Shown: positions 17,522 to 27,631 of the stretch, piece by piece | Numbering within the stretch: position 1 is the stretch's first letter | Layout of the letters: the number at the start of each line of letters is the position of its first letter | Source: Caryophanon sp. | GTDB taxonomy: Bacteria > Bacillota > Bacilli > Bacillales_A > Planococcaceae | NCBI GenBank assembly: GCA_018384745.1 | Contig: JAHAYH010000029.1 | Span: 2,119 to 66,118, forward strand | Length of the DNA stretch: 64,000 bases | Direction of reading: 5' to 3' | Made by a program: the position numbers and the translations under genes | The notes under the pieces: model-generated | The model's database searches: none | What the model saw: only the letters and a program-made list of their open reading frames with translations | Told to the model about the DNA's origin: nothing

Positions 17522-18490
17522 TTAACGTTTTAAATTAACAAGCTCTTGTAAAATTTCATCTGATGTCGTGATGATACGCGATGTTGCTTGGAAACCACGT
17601 TGTGCAACAATCATTTCCGTAAACTCTTCTGATAAGTCAACGTTTGACATTTCAAGCGTACTTGATTGAATCGATGCTACACCTGCAACTGTCGCTACTT
17701 GTGCGTATGGATTTCCTGAGTTGGCTGTTGGACGGTAGTAGTTCGCGCCTACTTTTTCTAACCCGCCTGCGTTCGCAAACTTCGTTAAAATTAATTGTCC
17801 TGCATACTTCAGCTCACCATTTAAGTCTGTGTACGATACTGTACCATCTTGTCCGATGCTCATGCTTTGCGCTGTAATTGGTACACGAATTGTTCCTAGC
17901 TCACCTTCAGATGGTGTTAATACGCCGTCTTCAAAAAGGTTTGCCCCTTCGTCACCAGCAACGTTTGGTTTATCGTCTAGTAAAATCCCTTCGTCGTCTG
18001 CTGTGTCTGCATATTCATCTGCACGAACACCGACTAAGTATTTACCTTCAGAGTTTACTAAATAACCATTTTCGTCCATGTAGAAGTTTCCGGCACGTGT
18101 GTATAAAATGTTTGCGAATGCTTCTTCACCTGTTGCTTCAATAATGCCTTCATCTGAAGGTGCTTCTGTTGAATCTGCTACCATGAAGAATCCATCACCT
18201 GATAGCGCAAGGTCTAGCGTACGTCCAGTTGTTTGTAATGATCCTGTACCGTGTACTGTGTCGATTGCGGCAATTTGTGAACCTAGACCGACTTGCACTG
18301 GGTTGACACCACCACGTGTGATCGTTGGACCTGCTGCAGCACCTGCTGATTGTGAAATTAAATCTTTGAAAATAACGCGACCTTTTTTGAAGCCGTGTGT
18401 ATTAACGTTTGAAATGTTATTCCCGATCACATCTAATTTTGTTTGGAAATTTTTTAATCCTGAAATACCTGAATACATAGCACGTAACAT
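17522..18490 (-). CDS. flgE: flagellar hook protein FlgE
   Basis: 322 aa. N-terminal rod/hook motif MYSGISGLKNFQTKLDVIGNNISNVNTHGFK and C-terminal LEMSNVDLSEEFTEMIVAQRGFQA. Confidence 0.93.
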   Translation of the reverse strand: MLRAMYSGISGLKNFQTKLDVIGNNISNVNTHGFKKGRVIFKDLISQSAGAAAGPTITRGGVNPVQVGLGSQIAAIDTVHGTGSLQTTGRTLDLALSGDGFFMVADSTEAPSDEGIIEATGEEAFANILYTRAGNFYMDENGYLVNSEGKYLVGVRADEYADTADDEGILLDDKPNVAGDEGANLFEDGVLTPSEGELGTIRVPITAQSMSIGQDGTVSYTDLNGELKYAGQLILTKFANAGGLEKVGANYYRPTANSGNPYAQVATVAGVASIQSSTLEMSNVDLSEEFTEMIVAQRGFQATSRIITTSDEILQELVNLKR

Positions 18491-18518
18491 ATATTATTTC
18501 CCCTTCCATTTTTAAAAG

Positions 18519-18546
18519 TTAGCTACATCTAGCGGTCAGTAGCTAA
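18519..18546 (-). other. 8-bp stem-loop upstream of flgE
   Basis: Minus-strand RNA UUAGCUAC-(12 nt)-GUAGCUAA followed by CUUUUAAAAA, about 30 nt before the flgE ATG. Confidence 0.4.
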
Positions 18547-18568
18547 AGGCATCCGATTCGGTCCTGCC

Positions 18569-18946
18569 TTACAGTACAATCGTACCATCAATATTTGTAA
18601 AGATTTGTTCTTTCGCTTCCATGCGATTCATTGCTGTAATTACTGTACGGTTTTTCGCATTAATAATTAAAGCGGCTTGATCCATCAATACAAGTGGCTG
18701 TTGTACCCCTTTTTGTTGAGCGACATCCACTTTTTCGTTAATATGTTGCCATTGCTCTGGTGAAATGGAAATTTGACGTTCAATCAGCCGTTCATTCGCG
18801 TGCTTGCTGATTTTCAAAGTTGTTGTTGCTTCAATTGCTTGTTGAAAATGTTCATTAAACGCATGCGAGATGTTGCTGACGTTTTTTTTATACGTAGTCG
18901 GGTGATTCGCATGCAATGGAACTGTATAAATGTTCATAGGCTGCAT
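18569..18946 (-). CDS. small 'flagellar operon protein' (the type found between flgD and flgE in many Bacillales; TIGR02530-like by recollection)
   Basis: 125 aa. SD GAGGTGA. Core ISKHANERLIERQISISPEQW ... PLVLMDQAALIINAKNRTVITAM ... IFTNIDGTIVL. Confidence 0.7.
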   Translation of the reverse strand: MQPMNIYTVPLHANHPTTYKKNVSNISHAFNEHFQQAIEATTTLKISKHANERLIERQISISPEQWQHINEKVDVAQQKGVQQPLVLMDQAALIINAKNRTVITAMNRMEAKEQIFTNIDGTIVL

Positions 18947-18969
18947 TATTTCACCTCATTCGCAATACG

Positions 18970-19626
18970 TCATTGACTAACTGATGTTAGTTGTGCACCT
19001 TCAATTTGAGAACCATCTGCTAACGTGTATAACAGCTTGCCATCTTTATTGCTAACGGCTGTTACTTGCGACGTTTTTGTAAGTTCATCTAATAAATAAG
19101 ATACCGTCTTCCCAATTAATGCGCTCGCTTGTACAAGTGAGTTGCTTTCTGTCGCTGGCGCTCCACCATCAAGTGCTAAACCTGCAATGTTGCCTGGTGT
19201 AATTTCTGTCCCATTATCCAGCGTGAATACAGGCGTTCCTTCAACGTATTGAATGGCTGTAATGACATTCTCACCAGATTCAGTAATAAACTTACCTTCT
19301 GCATCAACATCTTCAGTAACGGCTGTCCAGCTTACTTTACGCCCTAAAAACCCTGCGTATTCAATCAGCTGTGATTGTCCTTGTAAATCGACAAGCTTCT
19401 CAATCGACGACGTCATATTTTGCATTTGCTCTAACGTTGTAAACTGAGCCATTTGTGCAATGAACTCGGAGTTATCCATCGGTGCCGTTGGATCTTGATG
19501 TTGAAGTTGCGCAATCATTAGTTGTAAGAAAGCATCTTTACCTAAGTTACTATCGCCTGTTTTCTTTGTGTTTTTTGGTGCATTTGATAAGTAAAGGTCT
19601 GTTGAAATATTGGATGTAGTTGTCAT
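18970..19626 (-). CDS. flgD: flagellar hook capping/assembly protein FlgD
   Basis: 218 aa. Conserved QDPTAPMDNSEFIAQMAQFTTLEQM. ATGA overlap with the fliK stop. Confidence 0.92.
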   Translation of the reverse strand: MTTTSNISTDLYLSNAPKNTKKTGDSNLGKDAFLQLMIAQLQHQDPTAPMDNSEFIAQMAQFTTLEQMQNMTSSIEKLVDLQGQSQLIEYAGFLGRKVSWTAVTEDVDAEGKFITESGENVITAIQYVEGTPVFTLDNGTEITPGNIAGLALDGGAPATESNSLVQASALIGKTVSYLLDELTKTSQVTAVSNKDGKLLYTLADGSQIEGAQLTSVSQ

Positions 19627-20939
19627 GCGTCTCCCTCTTTCATCTGTTCTAAAAATTCTTCAAAGGTTGGCTGCTCTTCTACTACTTCTTCGTCCTCTTG
19701 TTCTTCCGCATTTTCACGCTGGAAGAAATTATTGAATAAATGCTGATCCGAACTATTCATATTGCGTGTTGCATCTTGCAATGATTGTGATACATCGATG
19801 CGGTCAATTTGAATGTTTTGTGCAGCGAGTCCTTGCTTTAACTGCTGTAGCTGAGATTCAAGCATCTCTTTTCCTACAGCCGTTGACGCCATTAAGCGAG
19901 CTGTTAATAACCCATCTTTATGCATCAGCTCTAAGCGCACTGTCCCTAAGTTTTCTGGATACAGTTTAATCGCAAGTTTTAATGTCCCTTGCTGATTCAC
20001 AATTTGCTGGCGTTGAATGATCGCCTGCATTTCCTTCGCTAATGCTTCAGACTGCGCAGATGAATTCGTTGCTGGCAATGTAATCGTAACCGTTTGTGCT
20101 TTAGGCGCTTGCTGCTGTTGTAGCACCGTTACAGGCTGCTCTACGTCCGTTGTCACCGGCGCTTGCGTTACTTGTGGTTTCACAGCTGTAACATCTACAA
20201 TCTTTTGCTGTAGCTGCGTAAACTGTTGAAACGGAATAAGTGGTGCTTGTGGCTTTTGCTCTGGCTGTGCTTGCACAAGCTCCTTCACATTTGCATGAAG
20301 TGCTTGTAGCATCTCTTTTAAGCTTGCTAGCTGTTGCTCTTGAGGACGTGTTAAATCAACCTTTGGACCAAGCGTTTCAATTACCTTTAAAAACTGCACT
20401 ACTTTTTCCACTTCTTTTGGTGCTAGCTTCGCTTCCCCTTGCAACGCAGCCGTTAATTGCGCGATCAGCTCAAGTGCTTGTTCTTCTACAAGCGTTAATA
20501 CATCCCAAACCGAGTCAAGCTGTACATCTTGTTCCAGTAAATCAGCTAACATTTGTTCAAGCTCTGCTACGTCAATGTTTAATAACGCGGCGATTTCTTC
20601 TAAGTTCATTAGCTCGTCAATTGGGACAAGTTCTCCCTCTGGACCGATTGGCACGAGCAATGTTTCGTCGTCAATCGGTAACTCGATTACGTCCTCGATT
20701 GTTTCAGCAGACATAACTTCGTCTACACGTTCAACCGTTTCCGCTACTTCATTTGTTGCAGGTTTTTCTACATTGTTAGACTTTTGTGTTGCTGTTGACG
20801 CCGATGTTAAGTAATCATCGAACTTACGATCAGCTGTTGCCGTCGTTTTACTTGTTGCTGTCGTAACAGAAGATTTTGTCACTGGTACGTCAAGCGCCTT
20901 AGTAGATGGCTGCAACATATTTGTAAATGCAATCGCCAT
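19623..20939 (-). CDS. fliK: flagellar hook-length control protein FliK
   Basis: 438 aa. Long low-complexity Q/T/E-rich region and a C-terminal FliK domain (LKLAIKLYPENLGTVRLELMHKDGLLTARLMAS...). Confidence 0.88.
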   Translation of the reverse strand: MAIAFTNMLQPSTKALDVPVTKSSVTTATSKTTATADRKFDDYLTSASTATQKSNNVEKPATNEVAETVERVDEVMSAETIEDVIELPIDDETLLVPIGPEGELVPIDELMNLEEIAALLNIDVAELEQMLADLLEQDVQLDSVWDVLTLVEEQALELIAQLTAALQGEAKLAPKEVEKVVQFLKVIETLGPKVDLTRPQEQQLASLKEMLQALHANVKELVQAQPEQKPQAPLIPFQQFTQLQQKIVDVTAVKPQVTQAPVTTDVEQPVTVLQQQQAPKAQTVTITLPATNSSAQSEALAKEMQAIIQRQQIVNQQGTLKLAIKLYPENLGTVRLELMHKDGLLTARLMASTAVGKEMLESQLQQLKQGLAAQNIQIDRIDVSQSLQDATRNMNSSDQHLFNNFFQRENAEEQEDEEVVEEQPTFEEFLEQMKEGDA

Positions 20940-20949
20940 ACATAACCTC

Positions 20950-21561
20950 CTACTCTGTCATTAACGTTGTATAATGGGCCACTTTTTCTGGATCCATTTT
21001 TTCAAACAGTTTGGCTACAGTAGCTGTTTTTAAATTACTTAAAATACGTAACGCTTCTGCATCTGGTAATTGCGCAATGGCAGCTGCCGATTTTTTCGGA
21101 GACATCGCTTCATACGCTTTTACCACTTCTTCAAATTCCACTGAAGACGATTCCTGTTCACGCTGCAAACGCTCTAGTTCAAACGCTAGTTTTTCTTGTT
21201 CAATGAGCATTTGTTCCTTTTCGCTATTTGCGGTTGTAATTTGAGCTTGTAAATCTGCAATTTGGGCTTCTTTTTCCATAATTTCAGATTGCAACTCCAG
21301 CACTTTCCCACCTGAAACATCTGTATGATTCGAGCTCGTTGTCCCGTCTTTTGTGTCATCAGATGAAATAAATGGTAAAGATGAAGCTGTTTCACGCGCT
21401 TTTTCAAAAACGTTTACATTACTAATTTCCGCTACAACTAACACGACTGCTAATAAAAACATGAGCGGAATTAAAAACCAGTAAAATAACTTTTGAAAAA
21501 TCCCCGGTGACTTTTGCACTTCAAGTTCTTCAATTTGTTCATTTTTTTTATTTTTTGCCAT
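20950..21561 (-). CDS. ylxF: YlxF-type flagellar operon protein (TM anchor, coiled coil, MgtE-N-like C-terminus)
   Basis: Start trimmed to the ATG at 21561 (SD AGGTGA, 4 nt after the fliJ stop codon). TM LFYWFLIPLMFLLAVVLVVA. Same position as B. subtilis ylxF. Confidence 0.75.
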   Translation of the reverse strand: MAKNKKNEQIEELEVQKSPGIFQKLFYWFLIPLMFLLAVVLVVAEISNVNVFEKARETASSLPFISSDDTKDGTTSSNHTDVSGGKVLELQSEIMEKEAQIADLQAQITTANSEKEQMLIEQEKLAFELERLQREQESSSVEFEEVVKAYEAMSPKKSAAAIAQLPDAEALRILSNLKTATVAKLFEKMDPEKVAHYTTLMTE

Positions 21562-21565
21562 GAAA

Positions 21566-22012
21566 TCACCTGATTTCCTTCTTGTTAAACGTAAGTGTGG
21601 AAAGTTCATCTAAGAAGATTGCTTCAACGCGAAGTTGTTCTTGTTGGAACTGTTCAAAGTCGCGTTCTTTCATCTTTTCGTACTTACGCACTTCCAAGTT
21701 TTTTTCGAGTAAACGTTCTTCATACCAGCTCATTTTTGCACGAGCTTGTACAACTTTTTGTTGTACCGTATCAACCATCTTTTCTAAGCTATCTAAAAAA
21801 CGTGCATTTTGATGGATTTCTTCAATCGTTGAGCCATGCTGAAGACGCTCTGTTTGATACGCAAGCAATGCTTCTTTTTTACGAAGTAGCTCATACAACT
21901 TTGTCGCTACTTCTTCAAATGCCTGAACAGATGCTTTATACGCCTGTTCCGTTTCATTCTTTTCTTGCTCACGGACCGTTAAAATTTGTTCAAATCGATA
22001 AGCGTATTTCAT
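21566..22012 (-). CDS. fliJ: flagellar export chaperone FliJ
   Basis: 148-aa coiled-coil protein directly after fliI. Confidence 0.85.
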   Translation of the reverse strand: MKYAYRFEQILTVREQEKNETEQAYKASVQAFEEVATKLYELLRKKEALLAYQTERLQHGSTIEEIHQNARFLDSLEKMVDTVQQKVVQARAKMSWYEERLLEKNLEVRKYEKMKERDFEQFQQEQLRVEAIFLDELSTLTFNKKEIR

Positions 22013-22019
22013 CGTCTCA

Positions 22020-23336
22020 TCATCCCATCGATAGCTGAATTATTTCTTGCGTTGTTTGATCTAATGACACATAGTCGCGGAACCCTTGCTTTAAGAAGCT
22101 TGTAATGAGTGGCTCATATTGAATCGCTTCATCGATGTCCTTTGACGTGCCGCGCTTATACGCACCAATGTTAATTAAATCCTCAGACTTTGCATACAAG
22201 AAGTACAACTCGCGTAAGCGCTCTGCTGCTTGACGATGCTCAGGTGTAGCAATATGGTTCATAAGACGACTGACGCTTTTTAGCACGTTAATGGCAGGGT
22301 ATTGCCCTTTGTTCGCTAAGTTACGATCTAGCACAATATGTCCGTCTAAAATCCCTCGAACGGTATCTGCAATCGGCTCATTCATATCATCACCATCTAC
22401 AAGCACCGTATAAAACGCGGTAATCGAACCATGTTTATTCGTTCCTGTACGCTCTAACAGTCGCGGTAAAATGGCAAAAACAGAAGGTGTATATCCGCGT
22501 GTTGCAGGTGGTTCACCTGTTGCTAAACCAATTTCACGCTGCGCCATCGCGACGCGTGTTACCGAGTCCATCATGAGCATAACGTCCATGCCTTTGTCGC
22601 GGAAATATTCAGCAATCGCCGTTGCGGTAAACGCTGCTTTAATACGCATAAGTGCGGGTTGATCGGATGTTGCACAAACGATAATCGAACGGCTTAATCC
22701 TTCAGGTCCTAAATCGCGCTCGACAAACTCCAGCACCTCACGTCCACGCTCTCCTACAAGCGCGATAACGTTTAAGTCTGCTTTCGTATTGCGTGCAATC
22801 ATTCCGAGCAATGTACTTTTCCCGACACCCGAACCAGCAAAAATACCAATCCTTTGCCCCTTCCCTACCGTCAACATGCCATCAATCGCTTTTACGCCAA
22901 CTTCTAGGCGCTCATCAATTGGTGGACGCGCTAGCGGATTTGGTGGGTCATTTTCAGTCGGGACAGTGACGAGCCCTTTTGGTAGCGGTTGGCCATCGAA
23001 GCGATTGCCCATCGCATCAAGCACTTGCCCAATCAACTCCGGTCCAACCTTCACTTCTAGCGTCGCGCCCGTTCCTTCAACTAAACAGCCTGTTGAAATT
23101 TCTTGTAGCGCTGTATACGGCATTAACACGACAATTTCATCTTTAAAGCCGACTACTTCTGCTAAAATAATTTGATGACCATGACGAGCTGATTGCACAT
23201 GAATTTTACAAACATCACCAATCGAGCTTTCTGGTCCTTGTGACTCTACCATTAGCCCAACAACGCGTGAAACACGTCCGTACTTTTTTAATGTCGGCAC
23301 ATTTTCAATATGTTCAAGCAAATCAGCTGCTTTCAT
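22020..23336 (-). CDS. fliI: flagellum-specific ATPase FliI
   Basis: 438 aa. Walker A GSGVGKST and Walker B VMLMMDSVTR. Confidence 0.97.
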   Translation of the reverse strand: MKAADLLEHIENVPTLKKYGRVSRVVGLMVESQGPESSIGDVCKIHVQSARHGHQIILAEVVGFKDEIVVLMPYTALQEISTGCLVEGTGATLEVKVGPELIGQVLDAMGNRFDGQPLPKGLVTVPTENDPPNPLARPPIDERLEVGVKAIDGMLTVGKGQRIGIFAGSGVGKSTLLGMIARNTKADLNVIALVGERGREVLEFVERDLGPEGLSRSIIVCATSDQPALMRIKAAFTATAIAEYFRDKGMDVMLMMDSVTRVAMAQREIGLATGEPPATRGYTPSVFAILPRLLERTGTNKHGSITAFYTVLVDGDDMNEPIADTVRGILDGHIVLDRNLANKGQYPAINVLKSVSRLMNHIATPEHRQAAERLRELYFLYAKSEDLINIGAYKRGTSKDIDEAIQYEPLITSFLKQGFRDYVSLDQTTQEIIQLSMG

Positions 23337-23342
23337 TTTTCA

Positions 23343-24161
23343 TCATTCCTTACTGTACAGTAATTCGCTCAGCGCTTTACGTAGCTCCTGTAGTTGCGTA
23401 TCAATGCTCACTACAATTCGACCGTGATTTGTTTCAATGTAGCTTTCGGTCGCCTGTAAATCTTCATTGACAAACACTAAAAACGGAACATCTGGTGGGA
23501 ACATCGTCATTAAGTCTTCGCGGTTTGCACAAATTAATTCGTAATATTCCGGCGCTACATATACTTTGATCAGCTTCATTTCTCGGGCATCTTTTAACGC
23601 CTTTTGAATAATCGACACGAATGCTTCATCATCGCGCTCAAGTACAACGCCGATAATTTGTTCAGCAGATTTCATTGCAAGCTCTAAAATTACAGCTTCT
23701 TGCGCTTCCATATATTGTAGCGCTTGTTGCTGCGCTTCATTCATCGTCGCATTGGCCGTTGCAAGCGCCTGTGCTAAATCCGCTTGTGCCTTTAGCGTTC
23801 CTTCCTCATAACCTTGTTGGAAGCCGCTGTCATAAGCTTGCTGCTGTAACTCCGGCAAACTTTCTTCAAACGCTTGCTGTGCTTCTAGCAACTGTTGTTG
23901 TTGCTCCGTCGCTTGCTGTGCAAGTTGTTCGCGCTGCTGTTCGATTTCGCGATTCGCTTGTTCAAATAAACGATCGCGTTCAATCATTATTTCTTCTAAC
24001 GTCGGAACATGTGGTGCTTCTTCGGTTTCTGCGTCTCGCCCAAACGTTTCAGGTTGAAACATCGGACGAATCGCAATTTCCTTTTGTTGTTCTTCTTGCT
24101 TGTTGTAATGAATGGAACGGATAATTCTAGACAATGATGTCATCTCCTCCGCCACGAGCAA
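23343..24161 (-). CDS. fliH: flagellar assembly protein FliH
   Basis: Q/E-rich coiled coil plus a FliH C-terminal domain. The track start at 24161 is TTG; an alternative ATG lies at 24143 (MTSLSRII), so the start is uncertain. Confidence 0.85.
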   Translation of the reverse strand: MLVAEEMTSLSRIIRSIHYNKQEEQQKEIAIRPMFQPETFGRDAETEEAPHVPTLEEIMIERDRLFEQANREIEQQREQLAQQATEQQQQLLEAQQAFEESLPELQQQAYDSGFQQGYEEGTLKAQADLAQALATANATMNEAQQQALQYMEAQEAVILELAMKSAEQIIGVVLERDDEAFVSIIQKALKDAREMKLIKVYVAPEYYELICANREDLMTMFPPDVPFLVFVNEDLQATESYIETNHGRIVVSIDTQLQELRKALSELLYSKE

Positions 24162-25140
24162 TGATAATTTCGCCTGAATCTTCTAATCGGCGTGTTACTG
24201 CTACAATACGCGTCTGTGCATCTTCTACATCGCGCAGTCGAACAGGTCCCATAATTTCCATTTCTTCGCGGAACGTTTCAGCCATACGCTGAGACATGTT
24301 GCGGAATAAAATATCTTTTACTTCTTCGCTTGAAATCTTCATTGCTAGTAGCAAGTCTTCATTTTCACAGTCGCGAATAATACGTTGAATTGCACGTGCA
24401 TCGAGCGTAACGATATCTTCGAATACGAACATGCGCTTTTTAATTTCTTCAGCAAGCTCTGGATCGCGAATTTCGAGTGCATCGAGAATCGTTTTCTCTG
24501 TTTGACGGTCTACACCATTTAACACTTCGACTACTGCATCGACGCCGCCTGTTTCTGTGTAATCTTGCGTCACAGTTGACGATAGCTTACGCTCAAGCAC
24601 CGATTCAATTTCGCTAATCACTTCAGGCGATGTTGATTCCATCATCGCAATACGCTTTGCAATATCTGCTTGTACTTCCTGTGGTAGCGACGATAAAATA
24701 ACACCTGCTTGCGCTGGTTCTAAATACGATAAAATAAGCGCAATTGTTTGTGGATGCTCATTTTGAATAAAGTTAAAAATTTGTCCTGGATCTGCTTTTC
24801 GCGCAAAGTCGAATGGGCGCACTTGCAGCGATGACGTTAAGCGATTAATGATTGCTTGTGCTTGTTGCTCTCCTAACGCTTTTTCAAGAACCGTTTTCGC
24901 ATAGCCAATACCGCCTTGTGAAATGTACTCTTGCGCTACTGCAATTTGATGGAACTCTTCAATAATGTCTTCTTTCGCTTGTGAATCGACCTTTTTAACG
25001 CTTGAAATTTCAAGCGTTAAACGTTCAATTTCCTCTTCACTTAAATGTCTGTATACCGAGGCAGATACTTCTGGTCCTAATGAGATTAAAAGGAGCGCAG
25101 CTTTTTGTTTGCCTGATAATTCTTTGTCTTTCTTAGACAT
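24127..25140 (-). CDS. fliG: flagellar motor switch protein FliG
   Basis: 337 aa. Motifs EHPQTIALILSYL and MFVFEDIVTLD. Confidence 0.96.
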   Translation of the reverse strand: MSKKDKELSGKQKAALLLISLGPEVSASVYRHLSEEEIERLTLEISSVKKVDSQAKEDIIEEFHQIAVAQEYISQGGIGYAKTVLEKALGEQQAQAIINRLTSSLQVRPFDFARKADPGQIFNFIQNEHPQTIALILSYLEPAQAGVILSSLPQEVQADIAKRIAMMESTSPEVISEIESVLERKLSSTVTQDYTETGGVDAVVEVLNGVDRQTEKTILDALEIRDPELAEEIKKRMFVFEDIVTLDARAIQRIIRDCENEDLLLAMKISSEEVKDILFRNMSQRMAETFREEMEIMGPVRLRDVEDAQTRIVAVTRRLEDSGEIIIARGGGDDIIV

Positions 25141-25155
25141 AGCCGTACCTCCCTT

Positions 25156-26742
25156 TTAATCTTCAGCAATCCACGTGCGTAATAATTTCGCAAATTCTTC
25201 TGGTTTTTCTTTTGCCATGTTTTCTAATTGCTTACGACGAATTGTTGCTTCGCTATCGTCCTCTGTTTGAATATCTTCAACGATGAGTTCTTCTTGTTCT
25301 TCAAGAAGAGCAAGCTCGTCTTCTTCCTGACGCTTCTTACGTGCACGAATAATGTAGATTACAAGTAATGCAATTGCTGCGACTAAAATACCGCCAACAA
25401 CATATGCCCACCATGGAATAAATGGTGCTTCTTCTACTTCGCCTGTTTCCATACCGTATAATTGTTGAACAGATACGACGATTTTTTCGCCTACTTGCTC
25501 TTCTGTTAACGCTTCTACCGATGATTTATCAATTGTTGTACGCACGATTGTTGAAAGCATTGCTTCCACATCTTCTGCTAATCCTGCTGGTAAAGAAGCT
25601 GGATCGTCTGGCGTTGGTGGTTCAACAACAACTTGAATACCTAGGTCACGAATTTTATACGGGCTTTCTGAAATTTCACGATGAATTTCATTGACGCCGT
25701 AATTTAATTGCTCTTCCACACGCTCATATTCCCCATCACCAAACGCACCTTCATTGTACGTCGTGAAGTTGTCTGTCGTTGTGTCAGCTTCCGGTTCCCC
25801 TGTTGCTGCAGCGCCTGTACCTGTGTATGTCTCACTAATGTTTTGTGCACTGATGATAATGCCTTGCATATTTTCTTCATCAACAGGTGTTAATAAATCC
25901 TCTTGGCGATTTTCCTTGCTGAAATCGATATCTGTTGTGACAGAGACAACTACTTTCCCTGCGCCCATTAACGAGCCGAGTAAGCTTTGTACTTGACGCT
26001 GTAAATCACGTTCGATTTTTTCTTTGATCATCATTTGATCCGCCACTACAGATGTCGATGATTCAACATCTACTAATGTGAAGTCTTCTGAGTATTGGTT
26101 TGTAATGACGATGTTTTCTTGCTTTAAGTTTGGCACACTCATCGCCACTAAATTATATAGCGTTTTAATTTGATCCTCTGAAAACTGATGACCTAACGCT
26201 GTTTGTAAAATAACAGTCGCTGTTGGCTCTTGTGTTTTGTCCGTTAAGAACACACCTGTTTCAGGCATTGCAATCATAACGTTCGCATTGTTGACACCAT
26301 CAATTTGACGAATTAAGTTCGCAAGCTCCGTTTGCATTGCAGATAGTTGTAATACGTCAAATTCATTGTCTGTCATACCAAAGCCTGCGTTATTCCAAAA
26401 TGTTGAATAACCGTTACCCGCACCACTAGGTACACCTTCTGAGGCAAGCTGTAATTTTAAAGATTCTAACTGTTCTTCCGGAACGCTAATAGACGTTCCA
26501 CCTGTACCTAATTCATAGTCTACAGCTAAACCGTCAAGTGACGTTTTCACTTGCGCAGCTTCTTCCAATGTTAAATCCGTGAATAATGGCACATATGTCG
26601 TTCTCGTTAAAAAGAACGTTAACGCAGCAGCTATTAAAATAACTGCGACGACGGAGCCAATAATGGTCCCTTTTTGTTTTTTACTGCGGCTCGACCAAAA
26701 TTGGGTGGAGTCCGTTTTTAGTTTATTCAATCGTTCATTCAT
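25156..26742 (-). CDS. fliF: flagellar MS-ring protein FliF
   Basis: Start trimmed to the ATG at 26742 (SD CGGAGGG). N- and C-terminal TM segments flank a large periplasmic domain. Confidence 0.93.
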   Translation of the reverse strand: MNERLNKLKTDSTQFWSSRSKKQKGTIIGSVVAVILIAAALTFFLTRTTYVPLFTDLTLEEAAQVKTSLDGLAVDYELGTGGTSISVPEEQLESLKLQLASEGVPSGAGNGYSTFWNNAGFGMTDNEFDVLQLSAMQTELANLIRQIDGVNNANVMIAMPETGVFLTDKTQEPTATVILQTALGHQFSEDQIKTLYNLVAMSVPNLKQENIVITNQYSEDFTLVDVESSTSVVADQMMIKEKIERDLQRQVQSLLGSLMGAGKVVVSVTTDIDFSKENRQEDLLTPVDEENMQGIIISAQNISETYTGTGAAATGEPEADTTTDNFTTYNEGAFGDGEYERVEEQLNYGVNEIHREISESPYKIRDLGIQVVVEPPTPDDPASLPAGLAEDVEAMLSTIVRTTIDKSSVEALTEEQVGEKIVVSVQQLYGMETGEVEEAPFIPWWAYVVGGILVAAIALLVIYIIRARKKRQEEDELALLEEQEELIVEDIQTEDDSEATIRRKQLENMAKEKPEEFAKLLRTWIAED

Positions 26743-26852
26743 TATGTACCCTCCGGTATTCGTGAAGTACCCCACCTAATTGTAAAATATAGTACCAAAC
26801 GTGTTAATTAGCCGTTTGCTGTTTGAAATGGCTTATCAACCAACATGAGCTA

Positions 26853-27152
26853 TTACACGCTCATACGCATCATCTCTTGATACGCTTCAACTGCTTTGTT
26901 TCGTACTTGCATCGTTAATTCTAATGATACGCTAGCCTTTTGTGAGGCGATCATCACATCATGTAACTCAATATCGCCGCCATTGATCAATGTATTCGTC
27001 GCTTGATCTGAAGCAATTTGTTGTTCATTGACACCTGCAATCGCTTCCTTCAACGACTGAGCAAAGTTTTGCTGTGATTGAAACGGCGTTTGACGTGCTT
27101 GATCTACCTGCATTGAAGCTAAAGAACTGTTTGAAATTGCTGTAATTGCCAT
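26853..27152 (-). CDS. fliE: flagellar hook-basal body protein FliE
   Basis: 99 aa. C-terminal MIASQKASVSLELTMQVRNKAVEAYQEMMRM. Positioned after flgC. Confidence 0.9.
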   Translation of the reverse strand: MAITAISNSSLASMQVDQARQTPFQSQQNFAQSLKEAIAGVNEQQIASDQATNTLINGGDIELHDVMIASQKASVSLELTMQVRNKAVEAYQEMMRMSV

Positions 27153-27164
27153 TTTTTATACCCC

Positions 27165-27629
27165 CTATTTACCAATTTCTAAAGCTTTTGTTAACATTGA
27201 CTTATTGGCATTAAAAACGGTAATGTTCGCTTCATATGAGCGTGTTGCAGACATTAAATCGACCATCTCTGTTAATAAATCGACATTCGGTGTTTCAACG
27301 TATCCTTGTTCATCGGCATCTGGATGTGTTGGGTCATAGACAAGTTTAAATGGCGTTTCAGTATCTTCGCCAATTCGAGTTACTTTCACACCATTTCCTA
27401 CGCCTTCTTTCACTTGAATACCCATTGCTTGATTCAAGAAATTCGAAAAGCTACCTTCTTGAGCTGTCATTGTTACCGTTTTGCGACGATATGGATCCCA
27501 TGTACCATCGGCGTTTTGCGTCCCTCGTGTTGTGTCCACATTCGCGATGTTTGATGACGTAACGTCCATGCGAAGACGTTGCGCCGTTAATGCTGAGGCA
27601 GTCGTATTCATACTATGAAAAATTGACAA
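27165..27629 (-). CDS. flgC: flagellar proximal rod protein FlgC
   Basis: 154 aa. TTG start with SD AAGGAGGG (8-nt spacer). Motif LTAQRLRMDVTSSNIANVDTT. Confidence 0.93.
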   Translation of the reverse strand: MSIFHSMNTTASALTAQRLRMDVTSSNIANVDTTRGTQNADGTWDPYRRKTVTMTAQEGSFSNFLNQAMGIQVKEGVGNGVKVTRIGEDTETPFKLVYDPTHPDADEQGYVETPNVDLLTEMVDLMSATRSYEANITVFNANKSMLTKALEIGK

Positions 27630-27631
27630 GC

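Noticed and set aside
21542-21556. T8-A-T6 run (A-rich on the coding strand) at the 5' end of ylxF, as a possible slippage or phase-variation tract
   Set aside because: It simply encodes KNKKN. Tracts of this length are common in AT-rich Firmicute coding DNA, and there is no evidence of frameshifted variants in the window.
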